Of a stretch of 64,000 bases of DNA, positions 36,348 through 46,946 are shown one piece after another (the stretch's first letter is position 1; the number at the start of each line of letters is the position of its first letter). Position numbers and translations under genes: made by a program. This stretch comes from a bacterium. Its GTDB lineage: Bacteria; Patescibacteriota; Patescibacteriia; HK-STAS-PATE-3. The notes under the pieces were generated by a model. It saw nothing but the letters and a program-made list of their open reading frames with translations. It ran no database searches and had not been told where the DNA came from. The DNA is taken from assembly GCA_043800725.1 (NCBI GenBank), contig JAZDMR010000015.1, forward strand, positions 4,065-68,064. The letters are read 5' to 3'.

Positions 36348-39178
36348 AGCAAAGGTCCTGGATAATTTTAATAATTACCTTATTATCGGGTTTTGCGTTT
36401 ATGCAAACTGCGCTGTCTTCTGAAAACAACAGCCAGTCGAACAGCAATGCGCTGGAAGCTGAAATCGTGGTTAAATTCAATTTGCCGCCCCGATTGGGCC
36501 CGCCACAGAATATTGCCACCACCCCATGGCCAGAAGTAAATGATATTATTAACCAAGCAGAGATTTCAGCATTGTTTCCTTTGCAGAGCAGTAATGATCC
36601 AGTGCTGTTTTTAGCAAAACTTAATAATTCTCAGAATCGAGATTGGGCTATTAATCAGCTTGGAGAACTGTCAGTGGTAAATTATGTTGAGCCTAATTAT
36701 TATGTTGAGTTGGCTTATGTCCCCAATGACCCACTGCTAAATCAGCAATGGAATTTTACCAAGATAAATATGGCTGAAGCTTGGGATTATGACACAGTTG
36801 CTCCGAAATACGGCGGTGACCCGAGTATTGTCGTGGCTGTTTTGGATACCGGGACTGCTTATGAGGATTACATCGATCCCAATCCGGCTTACTGTATAAT
36901 AGGAGGAGATAAAGAAGGTATTTGCGTTGCCGAGAATGCCGAGTATGCCCAGGCGTCAGATTTTGCATCAACAGCTTTTGTGGCGGGGTATGATTTTATC
37001 AATGATGATACCCATGCTAATGATGATAATGGCCATGGTACGCATGTGTCAGGCACAATTGCTCAATCAACCAACAACAGCCTAGGCGCTGCTGGCACAG
37101 CTTTTAATTCGACAATTATGCCCATCAAGGTGATTGCCCGGGACGGTCTGGGCACTACGGCGGCTATTGCTCAGGGCATAGATTTTGCCCGTGAAAAAAT
37201 GGTTGATGTGATTAATATGAGCATTGGCACGATCAGCAACAGCCAAGTCATGCTGGATGCGGTTAAGCTGGCTGATCAGGCCGGTATTATTATGATTGCT
37301 TCAACCGGCAACAGCAGCGCAAGTTTTATCTATTATCCGGCTGCTTATGATCAAGTCATCGCCGTAGGCGCGACGGGAAATACCAGCGTAAATACCCGGG
37401 CATCATATTCAAATTATGGCGAAGGCATTGATTTGGTAGCTCCCGGCGGCGATGGATCATCTTCGATTGTCCAGCAAGGGTTTTCAAATCTGGATAATGA
37501 TGATTTGCCCCTTGATTTCACAACTTTTGGCTATGTCGGATATCAGGGAACTTCTATGGCAGCACCGCATGTCAGCGGAGGAGTGGCTCTGGCTCTAGCA
37601 TATGGTGTAAACAGTTCCGAGGTAGGCGATTTATTGCTTAGCTCAGCAGAAGACATAGGCGCTGACGGATATGACTTGGAAACCGGCTACGGTTTATTGA
37701 ATATCGAGGAATTATTTGTCCAGTTAACCACTGACAGTGATCCTCCGACTTCTAGCTTGTCAATTAATCCGGTAGAGCCCAACGGCGAAGGTGGCTTTTA
37801 TACCTCAACACCCATCATCAACCTAACCGCTGAAGACCAGCAGTCTGCGATTAAATCGATCTATTATCGTTGGGGCAGCGACGCATATCAGGAATACTCG
37901 GGGTCAATTTCCGCTCCGGAAGGAGTTAGCGAGCTTGACTACTACGCAGTGGACGTGGTTGACAATCAAGAAGTTGCCAAACATCAGGAAGTTAAAGTTG
38001 ACAAAACCGCCCCTGAAGTAAGTTTTAGTTACCCGTTTACCGGTGCGGCCACTTCATTGCGCCGGCATTACATCATCAGTCGAGCATCAGATGCCACTTC
38101 CAATATCAGTTATGTAACGGTAAATGGTATTCTGGCGGATTACCAACCGCCCGAGTTTGTGGCCACCATTCTTTTGAAGCCAGGCCTAAACACCGTAACC
38201 GTGGCAGCTTATGATCAAGCCGGACTTTCCAAGACCGTGACCGATACGATGCTTTATGATGTCTGGGTAAATGTATTAAGCGCGCCTTTATCAGCCAGGA
38301 GCCCATCCGTCAGAACTTTCTCGGCCGGCGGACAGAACCTAGGAGAAATTATGGCCTATCCGGAATCGTTTACCGGGGGAGTAAATATTGCTTCCGGGGA
38401 CGTTGATAAAGATGGTTTGACTGAATTTGTCACCTCTCCGGCTTCAAGCGGCGGCCCCCAGGTCAGAATCTTCAATTCTTTGGGGCAGCTGGAAAGCCAA
38501 TTTATGGCTTACTCATCCAGCTATCGCGCTGAGACCACCCTGGCGGTTTGTGATCTGGATAATGACGGACGCGATGAAATTATTACCGGCACGGGCGAGA
38601 GCCGAGCCCCGCACTTAAGAATTTTTCATGCTGACGGCTCTTTATATGGGCAGTTTTTTGCCTACCCCGAAAGCTATCGAATCGGCATTTCAGTAGCTTG
38701 CGGTGATGTTAATGGCGATTTAAACAACGACATTGTGGTCGCTCCCATTAATAACGGCGGTCCGCATGTCAGGATATTTGACGGGTTTGGTAATTTGCAA
38801 AGCCAGTTTTTTGCCTACCCCGAGTATTTTCGGATCGGCTTAGGGATTGCTGTGGGCGACGTAAACAATGACGGCAGGGGTGAAATTATCGTCGCTCCTT
38901 TGAAAAACGGCGGTCCGCATATCAGGGTATTTAACAACAGCGGCGAATTACTCAGTCAATTCTTTGCTTTTGCTGAGTTTTTTAAAGGCGGCGTACGGGT
39001 GTCTTCGGATGATGTTGATCAAGACGGCATTGACGATATTATTGTAGGTGCAGGCGTAGGGGGCGGACCTCATATCAGGATTTTTCAGGCCGACGGTCAG
39101 TTGATAAATCAATTCTATTCCTTTGACCTAAGTTTCCGGGGCGGCATCAATGTCGGTACTATTTACGAGCCTAAGTAA
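36344..39178 (+). CDS. Secreted S8 subtilase with Ig-like and FG-GAP/VCBS-like repeats
   Basis: VAVLDTG, HGTHVSG and GTSMAAPHV triad; C-terminal repeats like those of 15210-16853. Confidence 0.92.
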   Translation: MKQRSWIILIITLLSGFAFMQTALSSENNSQSNSNALEAEIVVKFNLPPRLGPPQNIATTPWPEVNDIINQAEISALFPLQSSNDPVLFLAKLNNSQNRDWAINQLGELSVVNYVEPNYYVELAYVPNDPLLNQQWNFTKINMAEAWDYDTVAPKYGGDPSIVVAVLDTGTAYEDYIDPNPAYCIIGGDKEGICVAENAEYAQASDFASTAFVAGYDFINDDTHANDDNGHGTHVSGTIAQSTNNSLGAAGTAFNSTIMPIKVIARDGLGTTAAIAQGIDFAREKMVDVINMSIGTISNSQVMLDAVKLADQAGIIMIASTGNSSASFIYYPAAYDQVIAVGATGNTSVNTRASYSNYGEGIDLVAPGGDGSSSIVQQGFSNLDNDDLPLDFTTFGYVGYQGTSMAAPHVSGGVALALAYGVNSSEVGDLLLSSAEDIGADGYDLETGYGLLNIEELFVQLTTDSDPPTSSLSINPVEPNGEGGFYTSTPIINLTAEDQQSAIKSIYYRWGSDAYQEYSGSISAPEGVSELDYYAVDVVDNQEVAKHQEVKVDKTAPEVSFSYPFTGAATSLRRHYIISRASDATSNISYVTVNGILADYQPPEFVATILLKPGLNTVTVAAYDQAGLSKTVTDTMLYDVWVNVLSAPLSARSPSVRTFSAGGQNLGEIMAYPESFTGGVNIASGDVDKDGLTEFVTSPASSGGPQVRIFNSLGQLESQFMAYSSSYRAETTLAVCDLDNDGRDEIITGTGESRAPHLRIFHADGSLYGQFFAYPESYRIGISVACGDVNGDLNNDIVVAPINNGGPHVRIFDGFGNLQSQFFAYPEYFRIGLGIAVGDVNNDGRGEIIVAPLKNGGPHIRVFNNSGELLSQFFAFAEFFKGGVRVSSDDVDQDGIDDIIVGAGVGGGPHIRIFQADGQLINQFYSFDLSFRGGINVGTIYEPK

Positions 39179-39624
39179 TGAGGCAAGCGGTTGCATATGT
39201 CCGTAATCATAAATGGTTAGCCGAACGTAAGGGAGTAAGGCAGTTTATTAAATTTTGCATTGTCGGAGTGGGCAACACTATCGCGGATTTCGTGGTTTAT
39301 TTTGCCTTAACTCGATATCTCGGCATTTTTTATTTAGTAGCGAATTTTATTTCGTTCATTACCGCGGCTACCTTAAGCTTTGTCTTGAATAAATTTTGGA
39401 CTTTCCGCGATAACCGCCGTCATGCTATAAAGGGCCAGTATGCCAAATTTCTGCTGGTTAGCACCATTGGGGCTGTTTTAGCAGAGGCAACATTGTTTTT
39501 ATTTGTCCACTATTTTAGCGTTAATGATTTGATAGCCAAGCTTTTAGTGGCGGGAATAATAGTTTTTTGGAATTTTTTTGCTAATAAGTACTGGACATTT
39601 CGCCAGAAAATTAATATTTCATAG
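39178..39624 (+). CDS. GtrA family membrane protein
   Basis: QFIKFCIVG..NT..D, NKFWTF and NKYWTF. Confidence 0.9.
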   Translation: MRQAVAYVRNHKWLAERKGVRQFIKFCIVGVGNTIADFVVYFALTRYLGIFYLVANFISFITAATLSFVLNKFWTFRDNRRHAIKGQYAKFLLVSTIGAVLAEATLFLFVHYFSVNDLIAKLLVAGIIVFWNFFANKYWTFRQKINIS

Positions 39625-39713
39625 CTTGTCAGGAAGTACGATTTTTGTTATGATATCGACGATTTAATCAGTATTTAATAAAGAGAAATTTATTGTTATC
39701 GCGCACGTTATAA

Positions 39714-40436
39714 ATGGCCCAATCCAAAACGGTACTCAGCGTTGTAATCCCGGCTTTTAACGAAGAGCAAAGATTACCCTCAACTCTCAAAATCATTTTA
39801 AAATATCTGCGGCAAACGTCTTTCGGTGCATTTGAGATCGTGGTGGTTAATGACGGAAGCACTGATCGGACAAGTGAAATAGCCAAGTCAGCCGGTCCTG
39901 AAGTACGCATAATTGATTTGCCCCGACCCAAAGGAGGCAAAGGACGGGCAGTTAAAGCCGGAGTCCTGGCTAGCCAGGGAGAATGGATACTATTGAGTGA
40001 TTCTGACTTATCAACACCCATTGAAACGCTGGAAAGGTTTTGGACGCTGAGACAGGATTACGATATTATTATCGGTTCAAGAGCCTTGCCGGACTCGATA
40101 ATTGTTAAAAGACAAAATCGTATCAAGGTGGGGCTGGGTAGACTGGGCAATAAATTAACTCAATGGCTGGTAGTTCCCGGGATGAAAGATACTCAGTGTG
40201 GTTTTAAACTTTATCGTCGTCGCTGTCATTTTTTATTTCAAAAGCAGAAAATTATCGGCTGGGGGTTTGATTTCGAGATTCTTTATCTAGCAAGAAAATA
40301 TGGCTTCCGGATGATTGAGGTGCCCGTCAGATGGACCAATGATCAGGCTAGCAAGGTACGACCTTATCATTATTTACTAACTTTTATTGAAATATTTACA
40401 GTCCGTTTGAATCATATTCGCGGATTATATCGATAG
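39714..40436 (+). CDS. GT2 polyprenol-phosphate glycosyltransferase (Alg5/DPG synthase-like)
   Basis: VVIPAFNEE.RL, NDGSTD, GKG.AV, DSD, DTQCGFK and FDFE. Confidence 0.9.
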   Translation: MAQSKTVLSVVIPAFNEEQRLPSTLKIILKYLRQTSFGAFEIVVVNDGSTDRTSEIAKSAGPEVRIIDLPRPKGGKGRAVKAGVLASQGEWILLSDSDLSTPIETLERFWTLRQDYDIIIGSRALPDSIIVKRQNRIKVGLGRLGNKLTQWLVVPGMKDTQCGFKLYRRRCHFLFQKQKIIGWGFDFEILYLARKYGFRMIEVPVRWTNDQASKVRPYHYLLTFIEIFTVRLNHIRGLYR

Positions 40437-40452
40437 CTAAAAACTAAATATT

Positions 40453-41508
40453 ATGAGCCGACCAATTTTTGACCGTAAAAATATCCTGATCACCGGAGGC
40501 GCCGGATTTATCGGTTCGCACTTATGCGACGAGCTGGTAAAAGAGCATAAAGTTATCTGCCTAGATAATTTTTTAACTGGACAGGAAGAAAATATTAATC
40601 ATTTATTACAAAATCCTAATTTTGAGTTTATTAAGCATGATTTTACCGAACCGATTGACTTTGAGAATGAACTGGGCCTAAAGCCTTTCCAGGTTGAGTT
40701 CCAGGGTATTCAGGAGATTTATCACTTGGCTTCTCCTGCTTCACCCAAAGACTATCTGGACATGCCCATTGAAACTCTCATGTCTAATGCCCGGGCCACT
40801 CTCCATAGTTTGGAATTAGCAAAAAAGTACCAGGCTCGCTTGGTTTTTACCTCGTCAGCGACTATTTACGGAAGTCCTTTGGAAAAGACTCCTTACCCGG
40901 AAAATTATTGGGGGTATGTTGATCCTATCGGTCCTCATTCCGCTTTAAGCGAGGGAAAAAGATTTGCTGAAAGCTTAATGTTTCACTATAGAAAAAAACA
41001 TAAAATAAATGCTAAAATAGCTCGGATATTTAAAGTTTATGGCCCACGGTTGCGCATAAATGATGGACGGATGATTCCAGAAATGATTATTAAAGCTTTA
41101 AATAATGAACAAATTACCGTATATGGCGAAACAGACGAAACTATTTCCGCTTGCTATGTCAGTGATATTGTCGAGGGCTTGATTAGACTAATGAAGTCAA
41201 ACGAACTTGGCCCAATTAATTTAGGCACCAGCGAAGAGCGTCCTCTTAAAGAAATGGCTGAGATAATAAAAAAACTTTCCAATTCTAATTCCAAGATAAA
41301 GCTGGTCTCCGGTGAAAAAGGCGATTTCATCAATCATGGCACTCCAAATATCCGCTTGGCCAAGGAGCATCTTGGCTGGTTTCCGGTCGTATCTCTTGAA
41401 GACGGCTTGAGTCGAACCATTGATTATTTCAAAGGGGTGAAAAATATCACTATTAAACATTTTGAATCTTCAATTAACCAAACAGAAAAATCACATGAAA
41501 GAAAATAA
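40453..41508 (+). CDS. UDP-glucuronate decarboxylase-like SDR with altered catalytic residues
   Basis: [18 protein letters not shown] and [10 protein letters not shown], but YDEGKR reads LSEGKR. Confidence 0.8.
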   Translation: MSRPIFDRKNILITGGAGFIGSHLCDELVKEHKVICLDNFLTGQEENINHLLQNPNFEFIKHDFTEPIDFENELGLKPFQVEFQGIQEIYHLASPASPKDYLDMPIETLMSNARATLHSLELAKKYQARLVFTSSATIYGSPLEKTPYPENYWGYVDPIGPHSALSEGKRFAESLMFHYRKKHKINAKIARIFKVYGPRLRINDGRMIPEMIIKALNNEQITVYGETDETISACYVSDIVEGLIRLMKSNELGPINLGTSEERPLKEMAEIIKKLSNSNSKIKLVSGEKGDFINHGTPNIRLAKEHLGWFPVVSLEDGLSRTIDYFKGVKNITIKHFESSINQTEKSHERK

Positions 41509-42673
41509 TCAATCATACATTTTTACCTCCGAATCAGTTACCGAAGGCCATCCGGATAAAGTCTGCGATCAAATTTCCGACTCGATTCTCGATGAGCTGT
41601 TGAAGCAAGATCCGGAAAGCAGAGCGGGAATTGAGACCCTGGCCACTACCGGATTAGTAGTTGTCGCTGGAGAGATCCGCACCAAAGGTTATGTTGATAT
41701 TGCTGAAGTGGCTCGTCAAACAATTCGTGAAATCGGATATACTGACCCAAATATGGGTTTTCATTGGCAGGACTGCGGCGTGATTGTGGCAGTTGACGAG
41801 CAAAGCCCTGATATTGCCCAGGGAGTAGACCAAGGAAAAGGCAAATTCAAAAAACAGGGCGCAGGCGATCAGGGCCTAATGTTTGGATATGCCACGAATG
41901 AAACTCCCGAATTAATGCCCCTACCGATCATGCTGGCCCACAAATTAGCACGGCAGCTGGCTAAAGTCAGAAAGAGCGGCTTATTGCCCTTCCTGGGTCC
42001 AGACGGCAAAACTGAAGTGGCCGTGGAATATGTTAATGGCAAAGCCGTACGTTTAAACACTGTGGTGGTAGCTTCACAGCATAGCGAGCAGGTAAGTGAA
42101 AAAAAGGTAGCCAGCTCGATCCTTAAACACGTTGTTACTCCGATTTGTAAACGTTGGCTGGATAAAAAAACCCGAGTGTTCATCAACGCCACCGGCCGAT
42201 TTGTCAAAGGCGGTCCGCCAGCTGATGCCGGGTTGACTGGACGAAAAATCATCGTCGATACTTATGGCGGACATGGTAGTCATGGCGGAGGCTGTTTTTC
42301 AGGCAAAGATCCTTCCAAAGTAGATCGATCAGCTTCCTATATGGCTCGCTATGTGGCCAAGAATATCGTGGCCGCGAAATTAGCCAAAAAATGTGAGATC
42401 CAGTTCGCTTATGTAATCGGAGTAGCTGATCCGATCAGTTTATTGATTGATACCAAGGGAACCGGAAGAATATCTGATCGGCTGCTTGAAAAGATCGTTC
42501 GTCAAAATATTGATCTTTCGCCTAGCGGCATTGTTCGACAGTTAAAGCTCAAGCGGCCCATTTATAAAAAAACAGCAGCCTATGGACATTTTGGTCGCCA
42601 AGAAAAAGACTTTACCTGGGAACAGCTCACTTTAGTTAGTCTACTTAAAAAGAAGGCCAGTAGATATTTATGA
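41495..42673 (+). CDS. metK: S-adenosylmethionine synthase
   Basis: [34 protein letters not shown] and YGHFG motifs. Confidence 0.97.
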   Translation: MKENNQSYIFTSESVTEGHPDKVCDQISDSILDELLKQDPESRAGIETLATTGLVVVAGEIRTKGYVDIAEVARQTIREIGYTDPNMGFHWQDCGVIVAVDEQSPDIAQGVDQGKGKFKKQGAGDQGLMFGYATNETPELMPLPIMLAHKLARQLAKVRKSGLLPFLGPDGKTEVAVEYVNGKAVRLNTVVVASQHSEQVSEKKVASSILKHVVTPICKRWLDKKTRVFINATGRFVKGGPPADAGLTGRKIIVDTYGGHGSHGGGCFSGKDPSKVDRSASYMARYVAKNIVAAKLAKKCEIQFAYVIGVADPISLLIDTKGTGRISDRLLEKIVRQNIDLSPSGIVRQLKLKRPIYKKTAAYGHFGRQEKDFTWEQLTLVSLLKKKASRYL

Positions 42674-43587
42674 GCCGTATACTGGTAACCGGAGGTGCCG
42701 GATTTATCGGATCGCATTTAGCTGATCGCTTGGTGGAACAGGGCGATGAGGTTATTATTGTTGACGATTTATCAAGCGGTAATCAAGAATATCTGCCTGA
42801 CCAGGCAAAGTTTCATCAGCTTGACATTCAAGCCCCCCAAACAGCTGATTTGATTCTCGATCAGAAACCAGAGAAAATTTACCACTTAGCCGCGCAGAAA
42901 AATTTACGTTTCTCTCTGGAAAATCCGGCAGCTGACGCTTCAATTAATATTTTAGGTAGCTTGAATATTCTCGAAGCGGCCCGTCAGGCAGGTACCAAAT
43001 CAATCATTTTTGCTTCCACCGGGGGTGCTATCTATGATCAGCACGCAGATCGTCCGACTAATGAACAAGCGCTGACTCGACCGCTGTCTCCCTATGGTGT
43101 CGGAAAGCTGTCAACCGAACATTACCTGTATATGTACGAGCAGGTTTATCAATTACCCTATATTGCGTTGAGACTGTCAAACGTTTACGGTCCGCGGCAG
43201 GATCCCAAAGGGGAAGCCGGCGTGGTAGCAATTTTCCTAGATGCTATTACCAAGAATAATACGCCCAAGATCAACGGTGACGGCCAGCAGACCAGGGATT
43301 ACGTGTTTGTGGATGATGTGGTCAGCGCGTTTGTGAATGCTGGGAAATATGATAAATCAGGAATTTTCAATATCGGTACTGGCAAGGAAACCAGCGTTTT
43401 GGGGCTGTGGCAGTCGATTGTCCAAACGACCGGGACTAAGATAGTCCCTGAGCATGGACCGGCTATTGCGGGAGAATTACTAGCAAGCAGTTTATCCTCA
43501 AAACAAGCCCGGTCTGACCTGAACTGGTCTGCTCAAATAGATTTATCACAAGGAATTAAAAAAACCGTAGACTGGTTTAACAAATAA
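42670..43587 (+). CDS. NAD-dependent epimerase (UDP-glucose 4-epimerase-like)
   Basis: [19 protein letters not shown] and NVYGPRQ...GEAGVV. Confidence 0.9.
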   Translation: MSRILVTGGAGFIGSHLADRLVEQGDEVIIVDDLSSGNQEYLPDQAKFHQLDIQAPQTADLILDQKPEKIYHLAAQKNLRFSLENPAADASINILGSLNILEAARQAGTKSIIFASTGGAIYDQHADRPTNEQALTRPLSPYGVGKLSTEHYLYMYEQVYQLPYIALRLSNVYGPRQDPKGEAGVVAIFLDAITKNNTPKINGDGQQTRDYVFVDDVVSAFVNAGKYDKSGIFNIGTGKETSVLGLWQSIVQTTGTKIVPEHGPAIAGELLASSLSSKQARSDLNWSAQIDLSQGIKKTVDWFNK

Positions 43588-43588
43588 T

Positions 43589-44893
43589 ATGACTAAAAGT
43601 GTATCAAAGAAAAAACCCCGGAATAAACAGATCGCCATTATCGGATTAGGTTACGTTGGTTTGCCCTTAGCGTGCCTGGCCGCTGAGAAGGGCTATCAGG
43701 TTATCGGCGTGGTTAGGGACAACAAAAAAGCCGAGATGATCAACTATAAGAAGTCACCGATAGATGATCGGAGATTGCAGAGGTGGCTTAAAAAAGTGGA
43801 CCTTAAGGTTTCCACTGACTTTAAATCAATCAAGCAGGCAAGAATAATCGTAGTCTGTGTACCTACCCCAATAGATGAAAATCATGACCCTGATTTTCAG
43901 CCGCTGATCAAAGCTTGTACTGATATTTCTAAATATTTAAAAAAAGGACAGTTAGTAATTATTGAATCAACAATTAATCCGGGAGTTTGCGAAGAGATTA
44001 TTTTGCCGATTTTGGAAAAATCCGGACTTAAGGCAGGCAAGCACTTTGGCCTAGCCCACTGTCCGGAACGAATTAATCCCGGCGATCCCAAGTGGACAGT
44101 CAGGAATATTCCCAGAGTTGTCGGTGCTCTGACTGAGAAGGATTTAAAAAGTGCAGTTGATTTTTATCAATCGATTATTGAGGGTCCGGTCCGGCCCATG
44201 GGCTCTATTAAAGCGGCAGAAGCTACCAAAATATTGGAAAATTCTTTTCGGGATATTAATATTGCCTTTATCAACGAGATTGCCCAATCTTTTGATAAAA
44301 TGGGCATTGATGTCTTTGACGTGATTGAGGGATCAAAAACCAAGCCATTCGCTTTTATGGCTCATTATCCTTCTTGCGGCGTGGGCGGACACTGTATCCC
44401 GGTAGATCCGTATTATCTGATTCAAAGAGCCAAGGAATCCGGTTTTGACCACCGTTTCCTGAAATTAGCCCGGGAAATTAATAACAGTATGCCAGGCTAT
44501 ACCGTAAATTTATTAGCTGAATCACTTAATCAGATTAAACGATCAGTCAAGGGCACTAAAGTAGGAGTTTTAGGCTTGGCTTACAAAGCAAATATTGAAG
44601 ACACTCGAGAGAGTCCGGCCTATGGGATTATTAAAATATTAAAACAACTCGGAGCTGAGATTGATATTTTTGACCCCTATGTTTTAAAAGAGTCTACTGT
44701 CGACAGCTTGGAAGAGTTGATAGACCGCGTAGAAGCTCTAATTCTGGTTACCAATCATGCTGAGTTTGAGACTCTTGACATTGGCCGCTTAAAGCGCCAA
44801 GGTATCAAAGTTATTATTGACGGTAAAAACATTCTGCCAAAAGATAAGATTAAAAAAGCCGGAATTATTTATCGGGGAATTGGCCGGCAGTAA
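43589..44893 (+). CDS. Nucleotide-sugar dehydrogenase (UDP-GlcNAc/ManNAc 6-dehydrogenase family)
   Basis: GLGYVG, CVPTP, PERINPG, GGHCIP and D.RESP. Confidence 0.92.
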   Translation: MTKSVSKKKPRNKQIAIIGLGYVGLPLACLAAEKGYQVIGVVRDNKKAEMINYKKSPIDDRRLQRWLKKVDLKVSTDFKSIKQARIIVVCVPTPIDENHDPDFQPLIKACTDISKYLKKGQLVIIESTINPGVCEEIILPILEKSGLKAGKHFGLAHCPERINPGDPKWTVRNIPRVVGALTEKDLKSAVDFYQSIIEGPVRPMGSIKAAEATKILENSFRDINIAFINEIAQSFDKMGIDVFDVIEGSKTKPFAFMAHYPSCGVGGHCIPVDPYYLIQRAKESGFDHRFLKLAREINNSMPGYTVNLLAESLNQIKRSVKGTKVGVLGLAYKANIEDTRESPAYGIIKILKQLGAEIDIFDPYVLKESTVDSLEELIDRVEALILVTNHAEFETLDIGRLKRQGIKVIIDGKNILPKDKIKKAGIIYRGIGRQ

Positions 44894-44907
44894 TTAAAGT
44901 ATCAGAT

Positions 44908-45870
44908 ATGAAATTAGTAGTCATGATACCAGCCTATAATGAAGAAGACACGATTAGTCGGGTAATTTCCAGCATACCCAGACAGGTCAGCGGCTTTGAT
45001 TCGGTTCAGGTAATTGTGCTAGACGACGGATCCCAAGATCGCACCTGCCAGGTCAGCCGGGAGGCCGGGGCCGATCAGGTCTACACCAACGTGCATAATT
45101 TAGGCTTAGCTTCGAATTTTCAGAAAGGTTTGGATAAAGCTCTGAGCTTGGGAGCTGATGTGGTGGTTAACATTGATGCGGACAATCAATATGATGCTTC
45201 GGAAATACCCAAGCTCACCCAGCCAATTCTGGATGGAGAATCTCATATTGTTAACGGAGATCGGCAGGTAGCCAGCCTAGATCACATGTCTTGGTCAAAA
45301 AAATATGGAAATAGATTAGGTACCTGGATAGTTCAAAGATTGGCTGGGTTCCGGGTGAGAGATGCCTCCTCAGGTTATCGTGCCTATTCCCGAGAAGCCG
45401 CTCTGCGTTTAAACGTTTTATCAAGCCACACCTACACCCACGAAACGATTCTTCAGGCGGGCGTTAAACATCTTGGCTTCAAAGATGTGTCGGTTTCTTT
45501 TCGAGCCACAGAACGCGATGGCAAACAATCGCGATTGATCGGCAGCGTTTGGAGCCATATAAAAAAATCAGGCAATACCATCATCAGAACCTTTACAATG
45601 TATCGGTCGCTCAAGACTTTTTTTAATATAGGCGTACCTTTTTTCTTGATCGGAATAATTTTGATTGTTCGATTCTTATATTTCTACTATACTGGCGACG
45701 GTAGCGGTCATATTCAATCTCTAATTATTGCCACAATTGTTTCAGTTATTGGTTTTCAAATAGTGGTGATTGGGCTTTTAGCTGATAGCGTAAACGCTAA
45801 CCGTCGTATTTCTGAGGAAGTGTTGTACAGGCTAAAAAAACAGGAGTGCGACAGCGAGAAAACTGAATGA
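44908..45870 (+). CDS. GT2 glycosyltransferase with C-terminal TM helices
   Basis: IPAYNEE, DDGS.D, DAD.QY and D.SSGYR. Confidence 0.9.
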   Translation: MKLVVMIPAYNEEDTISRVISSIPRQVSGFDSVQVIVLDDGSQDRTCQVSREAGADQVYTNVHNLGLASNFQKGLDKALSLGADVVVNIDADNQYDASEIPKLTQPILDGESHIVNGDRQVASLDHMSWSKKYGNRLGTWIVQRLAGFRVRDASSGYRAYSREAALRLNVLSSHTYTHETILQAGVKHLGFKDVSVSFRATERDGKQSRLIGSVWSHIKKSGNTIIRTFTMYRSLKTFFNIGVPFFLIGIILIVRFLYFYYTGDGSGHIQSLIIATIVSVIGFQIVVIGLLADSVNANRRISEEVLYRLKKQECDSEKTE

Positions 45871-46946
45871 GAGTGTTATTTATAACTCGCAAATACCCGC
45901 CCAGGATCGGGGGTATGGAGTTGTTTAGTTTTGAGCTTTATCGTCACCTGACTTTGGATAAAGAGTTGGTGGCCAGTTCACAGGGCAAGGCCATTGAAAT
46001 ATTGTGGCTGGCGCCTTGGCTGTTTTTTCGAAGCTGGGTTAAGGCGCCCAAATTTGATATAATTTATTTGGCTGACGGAGTTCTGGCTCCGATTGGTTGG
46101 CTGCTAAAAAAACTTACTCGGCGGCCGGTGGTAGCCACAGTGCACGGTTTGGAGTTGACTTTTAAATTTCCCGGATATCAAGGTTTGATTAAATGGAGCT
46201 TAGCCAAGCTGGATAAAGTCGTCTGTGTCAGTGAAAATAGTTTAAAATTAGCTAAAGAATCAGGCCTTAAACCTGATCGATTGGTAAAAATACCCAACGG
46301 AATAAGCATTAATACGAACCGGAAAAAAGTCACGCGGCAGGATTTTTCTGACTACCTGGGCCGGGAAACCAAGGAAGCCTTTGTCATGCTGACCATTGGC
46401 CGGCAAGTGAAGAGAAAGGGGATTGAGTGGTTTATTCGGGAAGTTTGTCCGCGTTTAAGTTTTTCTTGGCTTTATTGCCTGGTAGGTCAGGGCCCAGAGA
46501 CAAAAGCCATTAACCAGGCGATACAAGAGACAGGCGCCCAGGACTCGATTATTCAGCTGGGACAGGTATCTGAATCGGATAAAGATTTGTTGCTAGACAC
46601 ATCAGACTGCTTTGTGATGCCCAATATCAAGGTGCCCAACGACGTCGAAGGTTTCGGCTTGGTCGCTCTGGAAGCCGCTGGTCATGGTTTGTCCGTTCTA
46701 GCAAGTCGTCTGGAGGGGATAAGAGATGCAATTCATCATAATAAAAACGGACTAATTATCTCTCCTGAAAAAGCAGATGAGTGGTTAAAGGAATTGGTAA
46801 ATTTATTTAACCATCCCAATATTAAAAAAGATCTTGGCGTTAAAGCCAAAGAATATACTATTAATAATTTTCAATGGCCAAATATCAGATCAGCCTACGA
46901 AAGAGTATTTATACGTAAAACTAAAAAGAATGACAATGAAGCGTGA
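45867..46946 (+). CDS. GT4 glycosyltransferase
   Basis: GR.VKRKG and EGFGLVALEA. Confidence 0.9.
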   Translation: MRVLFITRKYPPRIGGMELFSFELYRHLTLDKELVASSQGKAIEILWLAPWLFFRSWVKAPKFDIIYLADGVLAPIGWLLKKLTRRPVVATVHGLELTFKFPGYQGLIKWSLAKLDKVVCVSENSLKLAKESGLKPDRLVKIPNGISINTNRKKVTRQDFSDYLGRETKEAFVMLTIGRQVKRKGIEWFIREVCPRLSFSWLYCLVGQGPETKAINQAIQETGAQDSIIQLGQVSESDKDLLLDTSDCFVMPNIKVPNDVEGFGLVALEAAGHGLSVLASRLEGIRDAIHHNKNGLIISPEKADEWLKELVNLFNHPNIKKDLGVKAKEYTINNFQWPNIRSAYERVFIRKTKKNDNEA

